Below, piece by piece: positions 14,260 through 24,179 of a stretch of 64,000 bases of DNA. The translations under genes and the position numbers were made by a program. The DNA is from Candidatus Deferrimicrobiaceae bacterium (GTDB taxonomy: Bacteria > Desulfobacterota > Deferrimicrobia > Deferrimicrobiales > Deferrimicrobiaceae). The first letter of the stretch is position 1. Every line of letters starts with the position of its first letter. The DNA lies in NCBI GenBank assembly GCA_963792415.1, contig CAWBVY010000004.1:64001-128000 (forward strand), written 5' to 3'. The notes under the pieces are model-generated. The model was not told where the DNA came from. It did not search any database and was given only the letters and a program-made list of their open reading frames with translations.

Positions 14260-14961
14260 GTGATCGGCGGGCTCGACTTTTCCGTCGTCTGGGACAATCT
14301 GTCCTACTTCTTCATCGGCCGGTACCCGAAGGGGCCGCTCGGCGGCGTGGGGCTCACCCTGTACCTCGCCGTGGTGTCCCTCGCCCTCTCCTTCCTCGGC
14401 GGGCTGATCCTCGGGCTCTTGAGCGTCTCACGGAACCGCGTGGTCAAGTGGGGATCGACGTCCTTGATCCAGATGATCCGCGGGATGCCGCTGCTGATGG
14501 TCATCTTCTGGATGTTCTTCCTTCTCCCGGCGATGCTGGGGGGAGGGATCTCCGCGTCGTGGACCATCATCGTGGCGCTGACCCTGTTCACCTCCGCCTA
14601 CATGTCCGAGATCGTGCGCGCGGGGATCGTGGGGATCCCGAAGGGGCAGACGGAGGCGGCGATCTCGACCGGGTTGTCCCACGGGCAGGCGATGTTCTAC
14701 ATCATCCTCCCGCAGGCGCTGCGGAACATGATCCCGTCCTTCGTCAACCAGTTCGTGTCGATGATCAAGGACACCTCGCTGGCGTTCATCGTGGGGGTGA
14801 CGGAGCTCACCCAGATCGCCACCCAGATCAACAACCGGACGATGCTGTACCCCACCGAGATCTTCATCTTCATCGCGGTCATCTACTTCATCATGTGCTT
14901 CGCCTTCACGGAGCTGTCCCGCTGGCTGGAGCGCCGGTTGGCCTATCGCAAAGCGATCTGA
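14260..14961 (+). CDS. Amino acid ABC transporter permease
   Basis: IRGMPLL, GQTEAAISTG and IKDTSL motifs. Confidence 0.9.
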   Translation: MIGGLDFSVVWDNLSYFFIGRYPKGPLGGVGLTLYLAVVSLALSFLGGLILGLLSVSRNRVVKWGSTSLIQMIRGMPLLMVIFWMFFLLPAMLGGGISASWTIIVALTLFTSAYMSEIVRAGIVGIPKGQTEAAISTGLSHGQAMFYIILPQALRNMIPSFVNQFVSMIKDTSLAFIVGVTELTQIATQINNRTMLYPTEIFIFIAVIYFIMCFAFTELSRWLERRLAYRKAI

Positions 14962-15232
14962 CGCCGCGCGGTTTCCCTTGACATCCATTCGCCCGAGCAC
15001 GGATCCCCCTTGACCATCGGGCCCGCGCCCGGGAGATCCGGTCACGAGCACGGCTGCTTCCGCTGTCCGCCCACCTCCCCCGCACGGGCGGGGAGCACGA
15101 CCTCGAATCCCTCTGAGGACCGCGGGCGGTGGTGAATTTTTCCCCTGGTTCGGGCGATAAGGGAGGAAAGGGGCGGCAGGATCGCGACCCCTGGACCGAT
15201 TGCCGGATCCACCATCCGAAGGAGGAGAAAAA

Positions 15233-16078
15233 ATGGCAAGGAAAACAGGGGTGTTCGTTCTGGCGCTGGCCATGGTCGGCGCGCTGTGCAGCGCGGCGCT
15301 GGCGGGCGACACGCTGGCGGAGGTGAAGAAGAAAGGCGTGCTGGTGGCGGGCGTGAAGGACTCCCTGCCGCCGTTCGGGTCCGTGGACCCGGACACGAAG
15401 AAGTTCGTCGGGTACGACATCGACTTCATCAAGTACATCGCCACGAAACTGGGCGTGAAGGCGGAGTACAAGACCGTCTCCTCCGCGAACCGGATGCCGA
15501 TGCTGATGGAGAGCCGCGTCGACATCCTCGCGGCGACGATGACGAAGACCCCCGAGCGGGCGAAGCAGATCGACTTCAGCTACACCTACTTCCTGACCGG
15601 CCAGAAGTTCCTGACGAAGAAGGGGACGGTCAAGACGCTGAAGGATTTCGAGGGGAAGAGGATCGCGACGGCGAAGGGCTCCACCTCGGAGCAGAACGTG
15701 GCGCAGGCGGTTCCCTCGGCCATCGTCCTCTCCCTCGACGACTATCCGCAGGGAATCCTCGCCCTGCAGCAGGGGAAGGTCGCCGCCGTGACCACGGACG
15801 AGTCGATCCTGTCGGGGCAGCTCGGCATGCTCGAGAGGAAACGCGCCACCAAGGGGAAGTACGAGATCCCGGACCTTCAGATCTCCATGGAGCCCTACGG
15901 CCTCGGGATGCGGAAGGGCGACGCGAACTTCGTCAAGTTCGTCAACGATACGCTCCTGGAGATGGAGAAGAACGGCGAGGCGAAGAAGATCTTCCTGCGC
16001 TGGTTCGGGCCGAATTCGGAAAGTCCGATCAATCGCGGCAGTTTCATGATCACGGCCGACCGGATGGGGCTGGAGTAG
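15233..16078 (+). CDS. Polar amino acid ABC substrate-binding protein 2 (close paralog of 12686..13531)
   Basis: Long identical stretches with SBP1; GGAGG RBS. Confidence 0.9.
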   Translation: MARKTGVFVLALAMVGALCSAALAGDTLAEVKKKGVLVAGVKDSLPPFGSVDPDTKKFVGYDIDFIKYIATKLGVKAEYKTVSSANRMPMLMESRVDILAATMTKTPERAKQIDFSYTYFLTGQKFLTKKGTVKTLKDFEGKRIATAKGSTSEQNVAQAVPSAIVLSLDDYPQGILALQQGKVAAVTTDESILSGQLGMLERKRATKGKYEIPDLQISMEPYGLGMRKGDANFVKFVNDTLLEMEKNGEAKKIFLRWFGPNSESPINRGSFMITADRMGLE

Positions 16079-16149
16079 ACGGCGGTGCGGAAAGCGTTCC
16101 CTGCTGGAGCGGCGGCTGGCCTGGCGCAGGGCGATCTGACGCCCCTCCC

Positions 16150-17502
16150 GTGAACCCGCCGGAGAAAGTTCGGCTGCTGGGTTCCTTCGGTGCCGCCGTG
16201 GAGGCGGTCGACCCGGCGCGCCTCGTCTCGGCCGCTCTCCGCGTGGAAGGGGATGCCGTTGTGCTCGACGTCGCGGGCGTCCGGGGGGAGATCCCCCTTT
16301 CGTCCCTGCGGAAGATCCACCTCGTCGGTGCCGGAAAGGCGGGGAGGGCGATGGGGGAGGCGGCTCTCGCGGCGCTCGGGAAGCGTGTCGCGGACGGGGT
16401 GATCGCCGTGCCGCGCGGCGCGGATGGGCGGTCGGGGCCGGTGCGATTCGCGGCCGCCGGGCACCCGGTCCCCGACATCTACAGCCTCGCGGCCGCGCGC
16501 GAGATCCTGTCCGTCATGGAACGCGCCGGGAAAGGGGACCTCGTGATCGCCCTCGTGTCGGGCGGCGGGTCCGCCATGCTCTCCGCGCCGGCCGCGGGGA
16601 TCACGATGGAAGGGAAGGCGGAAACGTTCCGTCTCCTCCTGCGGGCGGGGGCCGACATCGCGTCGTTCAACGCGGTGCGCAAGCATCTCTCCGAGGTCAA
16701 GGGAGGACTGCTTGCCCGGGCCGCACAGCCCGCAACCGTATGGGCGCTGCTCCTGTCGGATGTTCCCGGCGACGACCCGTCCGTGATCGCCTCCGGCCCT
16801 TTTTCCCCGGACCCGACGACGTATGCGGACGCAATCGGGGTCCTCGAGCGGTACGGTATCAATTACGCGGTCCCCTCCGCGGTGCGTCGACACCTTGTCG
16901 AAGGCGCGGCCGGCGTCCTCCCCGAAACCCCGAAACCGGACGATCCCGCTTTCCTCGGGACCACCTCCGCCCTCCTCGGAACGAACCGGATGGCGATGGA
17001 CGCGGCGGCGCTGCGGATGGCGCGGGAACGGGACGCAGCCCCCACCGCGATCGTCCTCCTTCCCGGCTACCTTCGCGGGGAGGCGAGGGAGTGCGCCCGT
17101 TCGTTCTGTGCCCGGTTGCGGAAGGCCGCGGAGGCGCTTTCCCCGGGACACGCGGTCGCGATGATCGCCGGCGGGGAGACGACGGTGAATGTCCTCGGGA
17201 GCGGAAAAGGTGGACGGAACCAGGAGTTCGCCCTTGCAGCGGCGATGGAACTTGCCGGCGAGGGTGCGATGGCCGTCCTGGCCGCGGGGACGGACGGGAT
17301 CGACGGGCCCACCGACGCCGCGGGGGCGTACGTCGACGGAACCACCGTCGCGCGCGCCGCGTCCCTCGGGCTCGACCCCGGCGTCCACCTCGGGAACAAC
17401 GACGCCTACCCCTTCTTCGAGGCGTTGGGAGACCTGGTCGTCACCGGCGCGACGGGCACCAACGTCGCCGACCTCGCGATCGGATGGGCGCGGAGGCCTT
17501 AA
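16150..17502 (+). CDS. Glycerate 2-kinase, MOFRL family
   Basis: GAGKA, SGGGSA, GGETTV, GGRNQE, GTDGIDG and TGTNVAD motifs; start approximate. Confidence 0.88.
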   Translation: MNPPEKVRLLGSFGAAVEAVDPARLVSAALRVEGDAVVLDVAGVRGEIPLSSLRKIHLVGAGKAGRAMGEAALAALGKRVADGVIAVPRGADGRSGPVRFAAAGHPVPDIYSLAAAREILSVMERAGKGDLVIALVSGGGSAMLSAPAAGITMEGKAETFRLLLRAGADIASFNAVRKHLSEVKGGLLARAAQPATVWALLLSDVPGDDPSVIASGPFSPDPTTYADAIGVLERYGINYAVPSAVRRHLVEGAAGVLPETPKPDDPAFLGTTSALLGTNRMAMDAAALRMARERDAAPTAIVLLPGYLRGEARECARSFCARLRKAAEALSPGHAVAMIAGGETTVNVLGSGKGGRNQEFALAAAMELAGEGAMAVLAAGTDGIDGPTDAAGAYVDGTTVARAASLGLDPGVHLGNNDAYPFFEALGDLVVTGATGTNVADLAIGWARRP

Positions 17503-17744
17503 GTGTTGCGCTTCATAAATACGGTGTCGCACCGAGAGGGCCGATGCGCCGCATCCGGCAAGGCGTCGCGACCGAGGCGTACTGAGCAAGTACGGTGAGG
17601 GAGCGCCCCACTTCCGGACGAAATACTCTCCCTGGGGTACCCCGGACTGCCGATACCATGTTCTTCGATCGGCATGAGGGGCACAACTTCGCCGGGGCGG
17701 ATGCAGCGGGCCTCGAATGCAACCGTATTTATGAAACGCAGCAC
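17503..17744. mobile_element. Non-autonomous MITE-like element, 242 bp
   Basis: 23-bp terminal inverted repeats GTG(T/C)TGCG(C/T)TTCATAAATACGGT (21/23 match); flanked by TAA direct repeats at 17500-17502 and 17745-17747; no transposase. Confidence 0.75.
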
Positions 17745-18241
17745 TAAACCAGGATGATGTCGAGCTTCTCCGGGCCGTGCACGCCGATCGCCAGGGTGAG
17801 CTCGATGTCGGCCGTGCGGCTGGGTCCCGTGACCAGGGTCAGGTTCGTGGGCGGGGCGCCGGAGAGCGCCGCGAAGAAATCGTCCAGCGTGTCGAAGATC
17901 CGGTCCCGACGCACGATCGCCACGTGGTGCGCGGGGAGCAGTCCCGCCTGGACCGCCCGGCCTCCCTCGCTCGAGCAGACGAGCGTGCCGGTCTCGGCGA
18001 TCGCTCCGAACACCTCCTCCACCGTCACCGTCGCGGCGGCGGTATCGGACACGCGGTTCGTAAAGAGCGTCTGGACCGCCCGCTCGATCGGCGTGACGCC
18101 CGGGCAGTAGACCGGCGAATCGATCGCGACGACCCGTCGGAGCGCCGCGAGAAGATCCCCCGTGTCCGACGCGGAGTGGGTACCGGCGGCCGTGGTCGCG
18201 GCGTTCTCGAGGAAGAGCCGTCCCCTGTCCTCGGCGCTCAC
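17744..18241 (-). CDS. lutC: Lactate utilization protein C (LUD domain)
   Basis: AIAETGTLV and TGPSRTADIELTLAIGVHGP motifs. Confidence 0.85.
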   Translation of the reverse strand: MSAEDRGRLFLENAATTAAGTHSASDTGDLLAALRRVVAIDSPVYCPGVTPIERAVQTLFTNRVSDTAAATVTVEEVFGAIAETGTLVCSSEGGRAVQAGLLPAHHVAIVRRDRIFDTLDDFFAALSGAPPTNLTLVTGPSRTADIELTLAIGVHGPEKLDIILV

Positions 18242-19605
18242 GGCAGCCTCCGGCGCAGCGGGGTCTTCGCGGGCGCCGGCATCCTCCCCGCGACGTCTTT
18301 CCCGCCCAGCGCGCGCACCACCGGCCAGAACGCGCCGGCGAGCCGCTGTCCGAGGGTAAACAGCGCCGGTGATACGGCCGCCTTCCCGAACGCCTCCATC
18401 CCCCGGCGCTCCCTCGGGTCGGAGAACCGCTCGCGCACCTTCCGCTGCCGGAGACCAAGGATCAGGTCGGCGAGCGGGACGCGCACCGGGCACACCTCGA
18501 CGCACGCTCCGCACAAGGTGCTCGCATCCACAAGGGGATGCGACTTCTTCATCCCGGTAAGCAGGGTCGTAAGGACGATCCCCATCGGCCCGGGGTATGT
18601 CCACCCGTAGGCGTGCCCCCCCACTGCCCGGTAGACGGGGCAGACGTTCATGCAGGCGCCGCACCGGATGCACTTGAGGATGTCGCGCGACTCCCCGGCG
18701 AGGATCTCCGTGCGGCCGTTGTCGAGGAGGACGATGTGCAACTCCTTCGCCCCGGTCGCGTCCCCCTCCTTGCGCGGCCCGGTGATGACGGAGACGTAGC
18801 TGGTCATCGTCTGCCCCGTCGCGGACCGGGGAAGCAGGCGGAGGAACGCCGGCAGGTCGGCGAGCGACGGGAGCATCTTTTCGACGGAGAGGATCGCGAC
18901 GTGCAGGGGGGGAACGGTCGTCACCATCCGCCCGTTCCCCTCGTTCGTCACCAGGACGAGACTCCCCGTGTCCGCGACGGCGAAGTTCGCCCCCGAGACC
19001 CCGGCGTCGGCGGAGAGGAACTTCTCCCGGAGCGCCCTGCGGGCGATCTTCGTCAGCGCCTGGGGATCCTCGGTATACGGCACCCCGAGACGGTCCGCGA
19101 AGAGCCTGCCCACCTGGCGCCGGTTCTTGTGGATCGCCGGGACGATGATGTGGGACGGCGTCTCCCCTTCCATCTGGATGATGTATTCGCCGAGGTCGGT
19201 CTCCACGACCTCCATCCCCGCGGCCTCGAGGTGGGAATTCAGGTCCACCTCCTCGGAGACCATCGATTTCCCCTTCACGATCCGCTTCGCTCCGCGGTCG
19301 GACAGGACCCTCGCGATGATCTCCCGGGCTTCGGTTGCGTCCTTCGCCCGGTGGACCGTCGCCCCGGCGCGGGTGGCGGCGGCGGCGAACCGGTCCACGT
19401 ACATCGGCAGGTTCGCCAGCACGTCGTCCCGGATCGCGGAGGCCCGGTCGCGCAGCGCCTCGAGGTCCGCCACGGGGGCGAACGCGTCGGCGCGCTTCGT
19501 CCCGAACGTGTCGGCCGCCTGCTTCATCGCGGCCCGCAGGGCGGAATCCTCCAGCGCACGCACGCTGTTTTCGCGGAACACCAGGCTCGTCTGTTCGTGG
19601 CTCAC
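18238..19605 (-). CDS. lutB: Lactate utilization Fe-S protein B
   Basis: ETDLGEYI, PSHIIVPAIH, CIRCGACMNVCP and STLCGACVEVCP motifs. Confidence 0.9.
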   Translation of the reverse strand: MSHEQTSLVFRENSVRALEDSALRAAMKQAADTFGTKRADAFAPVADLEALRDRASAIRDDVLANLPMYVDRFAAAATRAGATVHRAKDATEAREIIARVLSDRGAKRIVKGKSMVSEEVDLNSHLEAAGMEVVETDLGEYIIQMEGETPSHIIVPAIHKNRRQVGRLFADRLGVPYTEDPQALTKIARRALREKFLSADAGVSGANFAVADTGSLVLVTNEGNGRMVTTVPPLHVAILSVEKMLPSLADLPAFLRLLPRSATGQTMTSYVSVITGPRKEGDATGAKELHIVLLDNGRTEILAGESRDILKCIRCGACMNVCPVYRAVGGHAYGWTYPGPMGIVLTTLLTGMKKSHPLVDASTLCGACVEVCPVRVPLADLILGLRQRKVRERFSDPRERRGMEAFGKAAVSPALFTLGQRLAGAFWPVVRALGGKDVAGRMPAPAKTPLRRRLP

Positions 19606-20324
19606 AGTCCCTCCGCCAGCAGCTGCGCGATGTGGGCGACCCGGATCTTCGTCCCCCGCCGCCGCATCGCGTCCACGATGTTCATGAGGCAGCCGGAATC
19701 GCACCCCGTCACCGTGTCGGCCCCCGTCGCCTCGATGGACGCGGCCTTCTCGTCCGCCAGCGCGCAGGAGATCTCCGGCAGTTTCGCCATGAACGTCCCC
19801 CCGAAGCCGCAGCAGCGGGCGGCGTCGGGCATCGGGAGGAAGGTCGCGCCTTTCAGCGAAGACAGGAGCGTCAGCGGCTCCTCCCGGACGCCCAGCGACC
19901 GGGTCAGGTGGCACGATGCGTGGTAGGTGACCGTTCCCTTCCCGCGCAGCCCCGCCTCGTGGGCTTTCGCAACGTGGACCAAAAACTGCGTGAGCTCGTA
20001 GATCCGCTCCCCCGCCCGCACCGCCTTCGCGAGCCGTGTAGGATCGTCGCGGAACAGCCGGGGGTAATGGTGCTTGACCATCGCCGCGCAGGAGCCCGAC
20101 GGGGTGACGATGGGGTCGTCGCCGTCGAACTCCCAGAGGAAATGCTCGGCCGCAGCGCGGGCCTGCGCCTCGTATCCGGCGTTGAACGCCGGCTGACCGC
20201 AGCACGTCTGCCCCTTCGGGAAGACCGGCTCGGCACCGAACCGCTGCAGCAGCCGCACCGTCGCCTCCCCCGCCTCGGGAAAGAAGGTGTCGACCAGGCA
20301 CGTGCCGAAGAGCAGAACTCTCAT
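19602..20324 (-). CDS. lutA: Lactate utilization protein A (CCG domain)
   Basis: TCLVD, QTCCGQP, YHASCH and CCGFGG motifs. Confidence 0.9.
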   Translation of the reverse strand: MRVLLFGTCLVDTFFPEAGEATVRLLQRFGAEPVFPKGQTCCGQPAFNAGYEAQARAAAEHFLWEFDGDDPIVTPSGSCAAMVKHHYPRLFRDDPTRLAKAVRAGERIYELTQFLVHVAKAHEAGLRGKGTVTYHASCHLTRSLGVREEPLTLLSSLKGATFLPMPDAARCCGFGGTFMAKLPEISCALADEKAASIEATGADTVTGCDSGCLMNIVDAMRRRGTKIRVAHIAQLLAEGL

Positions 20325-21238
20325 GGGGCAGAACACTCCTTCCCGCGGAGGAGGTGGCGCAACGCGGCGGGAAGCTCCGGGAAGCGGAAGGGGTAGCCGG
20401 TCGCCTCGAGGCGGCGCGGGGCCACCCGCGTGCTTGCCAGCAGCAGGGCGTCCGCCATCTCGCCCACCGCGAGGCGAAGGGCAAAGGCAGGGACCGGAAG
20501 CAACGTCGGGCGCGAGAGGACCTTTCCCAGCGCTTCGGTGAACTCCCGGTTGGTGACAGGAACCGGCGCGACGACGTTCACCGGGCCGCGCAGCTCTACG
20601 GATTGCAACGCGTGGAGGACGATACCGACAAGGTCGTCGAGGGCGACCCAGCTGACGTACTGACGCCCGCCGCCGATCACCCCCCCGAGCCCCGCCCGGA
20701 ACAGCGGGAGCATCCGGGAGAGCGCTCCCCCCCTCGGCGAGAGCACAACCCCGATCCGCAACAATACGACACGGATCCCCTTCCGCGCGGCCGGCGCGGA
20801 GGCCGCCTCCCACTCCCGGCAGACCTCGGCGAGAAATCCCTTGCCGGGCGGACTCTCCTCGGTCAACGGTTCCCCTCCACGGTCTCCGTAATAGCCGATC
20901 GCGGAGGCGCACACGAGCGTCCTCGGCGGGCGGGCGAGCCCCGCGAGTGCGTCGCAGAGAAGGCGCGTCCCGTTCACGCGGCTGTCGCGGATGGAGGTCT
21001 TCCGAGCGGCGTTCCACCTTCCGGAAGCGATGTTCTCCCCCGCGAGGTGGACGACGGCGTCGAGGCCCTCGAGCCCCGCCGCGTCGACCTCCCCCTTCTC
21101 CGGGTCCCACCGGACGGCCTTCTCCCCCGGGGCGGGGGCGCGCCGGACGAGCCGGACGACCGCATGCCCCGCGGCGGAAAGAGAGGCCACCACCTGTGAA
21201 CCGACGAGTCCAGTGGACCCGGAAACGGCGACGCGCAT
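20321..21238 (-). CDS. TIGR01777/YfcH family NAD-dependent epimerase-like oxidoreductase
   Basis: SGSTGLVG, VHLAGENI, ASAIGYYG and LRIGVVLS motifs. Confidence 0.88.
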   Translation of the reverse strand: MRVAVSGSTGLVGSQVVASLSAAGHAVVRLVRRAPAPGEKAVRWDPEKGEVDAAGLEGLDAVVHLAGENIASGRWNAARKTSIRDSRVNGTRLLCDALAGLARPPRTLVCASAIGYYGDRGGEPLTEESPPGKGFLAEVCREWEAASAPAARKGIRVVLLRIGVVLSPRGGALSRMLPLFRAGLGGVIGGGRQYVSWVALDDLVGIVLHALQSVELRGPVNVVAPVPVTNREFTEALGKVLSRPTLLPVPAFALRLAVGEMADALLLASTRVAPRRLEATGYPFRFPELPAALRHLLRGKECSAP

Positions 21239-21361
21239 CCTCTACCCCTCCCTGTCCCGCTCCTTGCCATGGTACCGCGATTGCAGGTGGATCGGCATCG
21301 TCCCGTCCGTTTTCCGCGAACGGATCCGCCAAGGCGGACCGGGACCGGCACCATCACGTTC

Positions 21362-22546
21362 TCACGGGGTAAGGATCTGCAGGAGTTCGCCGGTCGCGAA
21401 ATTCGCCACATAGACGTTTCCCGCCTCGTCTTCGCCAAAGGTGGTGATGGTCAACGTCGCGTCCGCAAGCAGCGCGTTGTCCCAGGCGGCGCCGTTCTTC
21501 CTGATCCCCCAGATCCGGCCGCTGCAGAAGTCCCCGAAGAGATAAATCCCCTGCAGGGAGGGGAGTGCCGAACCACGGTACACATGGCCGCCGGTCACGG
21601 AGCACCCGAGCGCGTGATCGTACACGACGACCGGGAGGGCAAGGCCGGCGCGGATGCAGCCGACGGTCCCGGGAGGGTAGCAACTGTCGCCCTCCATGAT
21701 GTTCCAGCCGTAGTTCCCGCCCCCAGGATCTCCGGCCGGCTGGAAATCGATCTCCTCGAAGTTCCCCTGCCCCACGTCGCCGATATACAGGTCCCCCGTC
21801 ACGCGGTCGAAGGAGAAGCGCCACGGGTTCCGCAGCCCCAGCGCCCAGATCTCCGGAAGGTAGCCGGCGGAGAGGAGAAACGGGTTGTCCGGGGGAACCT
21901 TGTACGGTTGCACGCCGGACTCGACGTCGATTCGCAGGAGCTTCCCCAGAAGGGTGCCGGGGGTCTGGCCGTTGTTCAGTGGATCCCCGCCCGAGCCCCC
22001 GTCCCCCATCCCGATGTAGAGGTATCCATCGGGACCGAAGGCGAGCTGTCCGCCGTTGTGGTTCGCAAACGGCTGGGGGATTGTCAGGATCACTTCCTCG
22101 CTCACGGGATCGGCCGCGTTCGCGTCGCCGGTGGAAACGCGGTAGCGGGCGACCACCGTCGCGCCGTCCGGGGCCCTGGTGTAATTCACGTAGAAATACC
22201 TTTTCGCAGCGAAACCGGGGGGGAACGCCGCGCTCAGGAGGCCCTGCTCCCCGCAGCAGACCAGCTTGGCGGAGATGTCCAGAAATGGGGAAGAGAGCAC
22301 GGCTCCGTTGTCGAGGATCCGGATCCTCCCAGCCTGCTCCACGACGAAGATCCTGCCGCTCCCGTCCCCGGCATGGGTTACGTGGACAGGCTGTGCGAAT
22401 CCGCCCGCCACCACGGCCAGGGAGATCTGCGGCCAGCCCGCGGGGGCGGGCACGGAGCCGGGGGCAGACGGGGTCCCGGACCCCCCAGAGCATCCGACCA
22501 TCGCGATTAGCGCTCCGCAAGCGACGAGAATTCGCGTGTTCGACAA
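21362..22546 (-). CDS. PQQ-dependent glucose/sorbosone dehydrogenase family lipoprotein
   Basis: NHNGGQLAFGPDGYLYIGMGDGG, GLRNPWRFSFD and GNYGW motifs; lipobox-like MVGC; TTG start with GGAGG. Confidence 0.85.
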   Translation of the reverse strand: MSNTRILVACGALIAMVGCSGGSGTPSAPGSVPAPAGWPQISLAVVAGGFAQPVHVTHAGDGSGRIFVVEQAGRIRILDNGAVLSSPFLDISAKLVCCGEQGLLSAAFPPGFAAKRYFYVNYTRAPDGATVVARYRVSTGDANAADPVSEEVILTIPQPFANHNGGQLAFGPDGYLYIGMGDGGSGGDPLNNGQTPGTLLGKLLRIDVESGVQPYKVPPDNPFLLSAGYLPEIWALGLRNPWRFSFDRVTGDLYIGDVGQGNFEEIDFQPAGDPGGGNYGWNIMEGDSCYPPGTVGCIRAGLALPVVVYDHALGCSVTGGHVYRGSALPSLQGIYLFGDFCSGRIWGIRKNGAAWDNALLADATLTITTFGEDEAGNVYVANFATGELLQILTP

Positions 22547-22650
22547 ACCCGCCTCCAGGAGATCCGTCGTCGGATCCGTTGTTTCGACGCAGGCCGGCCG
22601 TCCCGTTCGTTCATGGGATGACGACAGGGCTCGGACCGTTCCCTCGTAGT

Positions 22651-24102
22651 TCAGGGAATCCGGCGCGGAAGGGCGGCGAGGGCGCGGAGCCGGGCGGCGG
22701 CGTGGTCGACGATCGGGGGGGGGTACGTCTTTCGGGGCGTCACCCCCGCCCCGGACAGCACGGAAGCAGGCGCTTCCCAGGGCCGATGGATCCACCGGTC
22801 CGGCAGCCGGGAGAGTTCGGGCACCCACGTCCGGACATAGTTCCCCCGGGGATCGAACTTCCCCCCCTGCAACACCGGGTTGAAGACGCGGAAAAACGGC
22901 GAGGCGTCCGCGCCGCACCCGGCGACCCACTGCCAGCCGAACGTGTTGTTCGCGAGGTCGGCATCGACCAGGGTATCGAAGAACCAGGCGGCTCCCGCCC
23001 GCCACGGGAGGAGCAGGTCCTTCACCAGGAACGAAGCGACCACCATCCGGACCCGGTTGTGCATCCACCCGGTCTTCCAGAGCTGCCGCATCCCAGCGTC
23101 CACCAGCGGGTAGCCGGTGCGTCCCTTCTGCCAGGCGACGAGGGCGGCGGGGTCGTCCCTCCAGGGGAAGGCGGTGAACTCCTCCCGCAGCGGCGAGTGG
23201 ACGGTGGCGGGAAAGTGGAACAGGAGGTGATGGGCGAACTCCCGCCACGCCAGCTGGCGGAGAAACGCCTCCGCGCCGCGCGCGGAACCCGGCGAGCTGT
23301 CGGCCCCCGCGCGCGCCTGGACCGCGTGCCACGCCTGGCGCACGCTGACGCAGCCGAGGTGCAGGTACGGGGAGAGCCGGGACGTCCCGTCCCGATCCGG
23401 CCGGTCGCGGTCGTCGGGATAGGCGGCCATCGCGTCGTCGAGAAATCCGGATAGGCGATCCCCCCCCGCCTTCTCGCCCGCCGGCCAGGCGGCATGGATC
23501 CCGTCGTCCCATGGCACGGACGGGCGGAGCCGGAGATCCGGCAGCGGCCAGGAAGGAGGAGGCGTCCCCGTGGAAGGGATCCGCAACGGCGACGGTCGCG
23601 ACGCCTCTGGGACCGGGGAAGACCGGCACTTCCGCCAGAACGGCGTGAAGACCCGGAACGGGCCGCCGGCAGCCGTCTTCATGGCATCGGGCGGGAAGAG
23701 GAGGCCGTCGTCGAACAGGCGCGCCTCGAGTCCGTTGGCCCGCAGCGCCGCGATCGTTTTCGCGTCCCTCGCCAGGAGCGCAGGCTCCCAAACCCGGTTG
23801 GCGTAGACCGTGTCCGCTCCCGTCTCCCGGGCGAGGTCGATCAGCGCCTTGATCGTGGGGCCGCGCCGAAGAACGAGACGGCTTCCCCGGGCTTCGAGCG
23901 ACTCCGCAAGAGATTGAAGGGCGTCGTGGAGAAAGACGCGCGCGGCGGCGCCCGCGGCGGAGTCCCCTTCCTCCCCCGGGGCGTGCACCCACGCGGCGAC
24001 CACCGGGGCGCCGCGCGCGACCGCCGCCTCGAGCGCCGGGTTGTCCGACAGCCGCAGGTCGCGGCGGAACCAGACGACGGTCGCAGGAGGTATACTTTGC
24101 AT
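22651..24102 (-). CDS. phrB: Deoxyribodipyrimidine photolyase (class I)
   Basis: WFRRDLRLSDN, TSRLSPYL, WREF, TGYPLVDAGMRQL and WMHNRVRM motifs. Confidence 0.93.
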   Translation of the reverse strand: MQSIPPATVVWFRRDLRLSDNPALEAAVARGAPVVAAWVHAPGEEGDSAAGAAARVFLHDALQSLAESLEARGSRLVLRRGPTIKALIDLARETGADTVYANRVWEPALLARDAKTIAALRANGLEARLFDDGLLFPPDAMKTAAGGPFRVFTPFWRKCRSSPVPEASRPSPLRIPSTGTPPPSWPLPDLRLRPSVPWDDGIHAAWPAGEKAGGDRLSGFLDDAMAAYPDDRDRPDRDGTSRLSPYLHLGCVSVRQAWHAVQARAGADSSPGSARGAEAFLRQLAWREFAHHLLFHFPATVHSPLREEFTAFPWRDDPAALVAWQKGRTGYPLVDAGMRQLWKTGWMHNRVRMVVASFLVKDLLLPWRAGAAWFFDTLVDADLANNTFGWQWVAGCGADASPFFRVFNPVLQGGKFDPRGNYVRTWVPELSRLPDRWIHRPWEAPASVLSGAGVTPRKTYPPPIVDHAAARLRALAALPRRIP

Positions 24103-24179
24103 TGGCTCAGTATAACCGAACGCCTCCTGGAGTCGTCCCTTAGCGCCACCGAATCCGGTGGCGGATCGGAGGAACCGCG

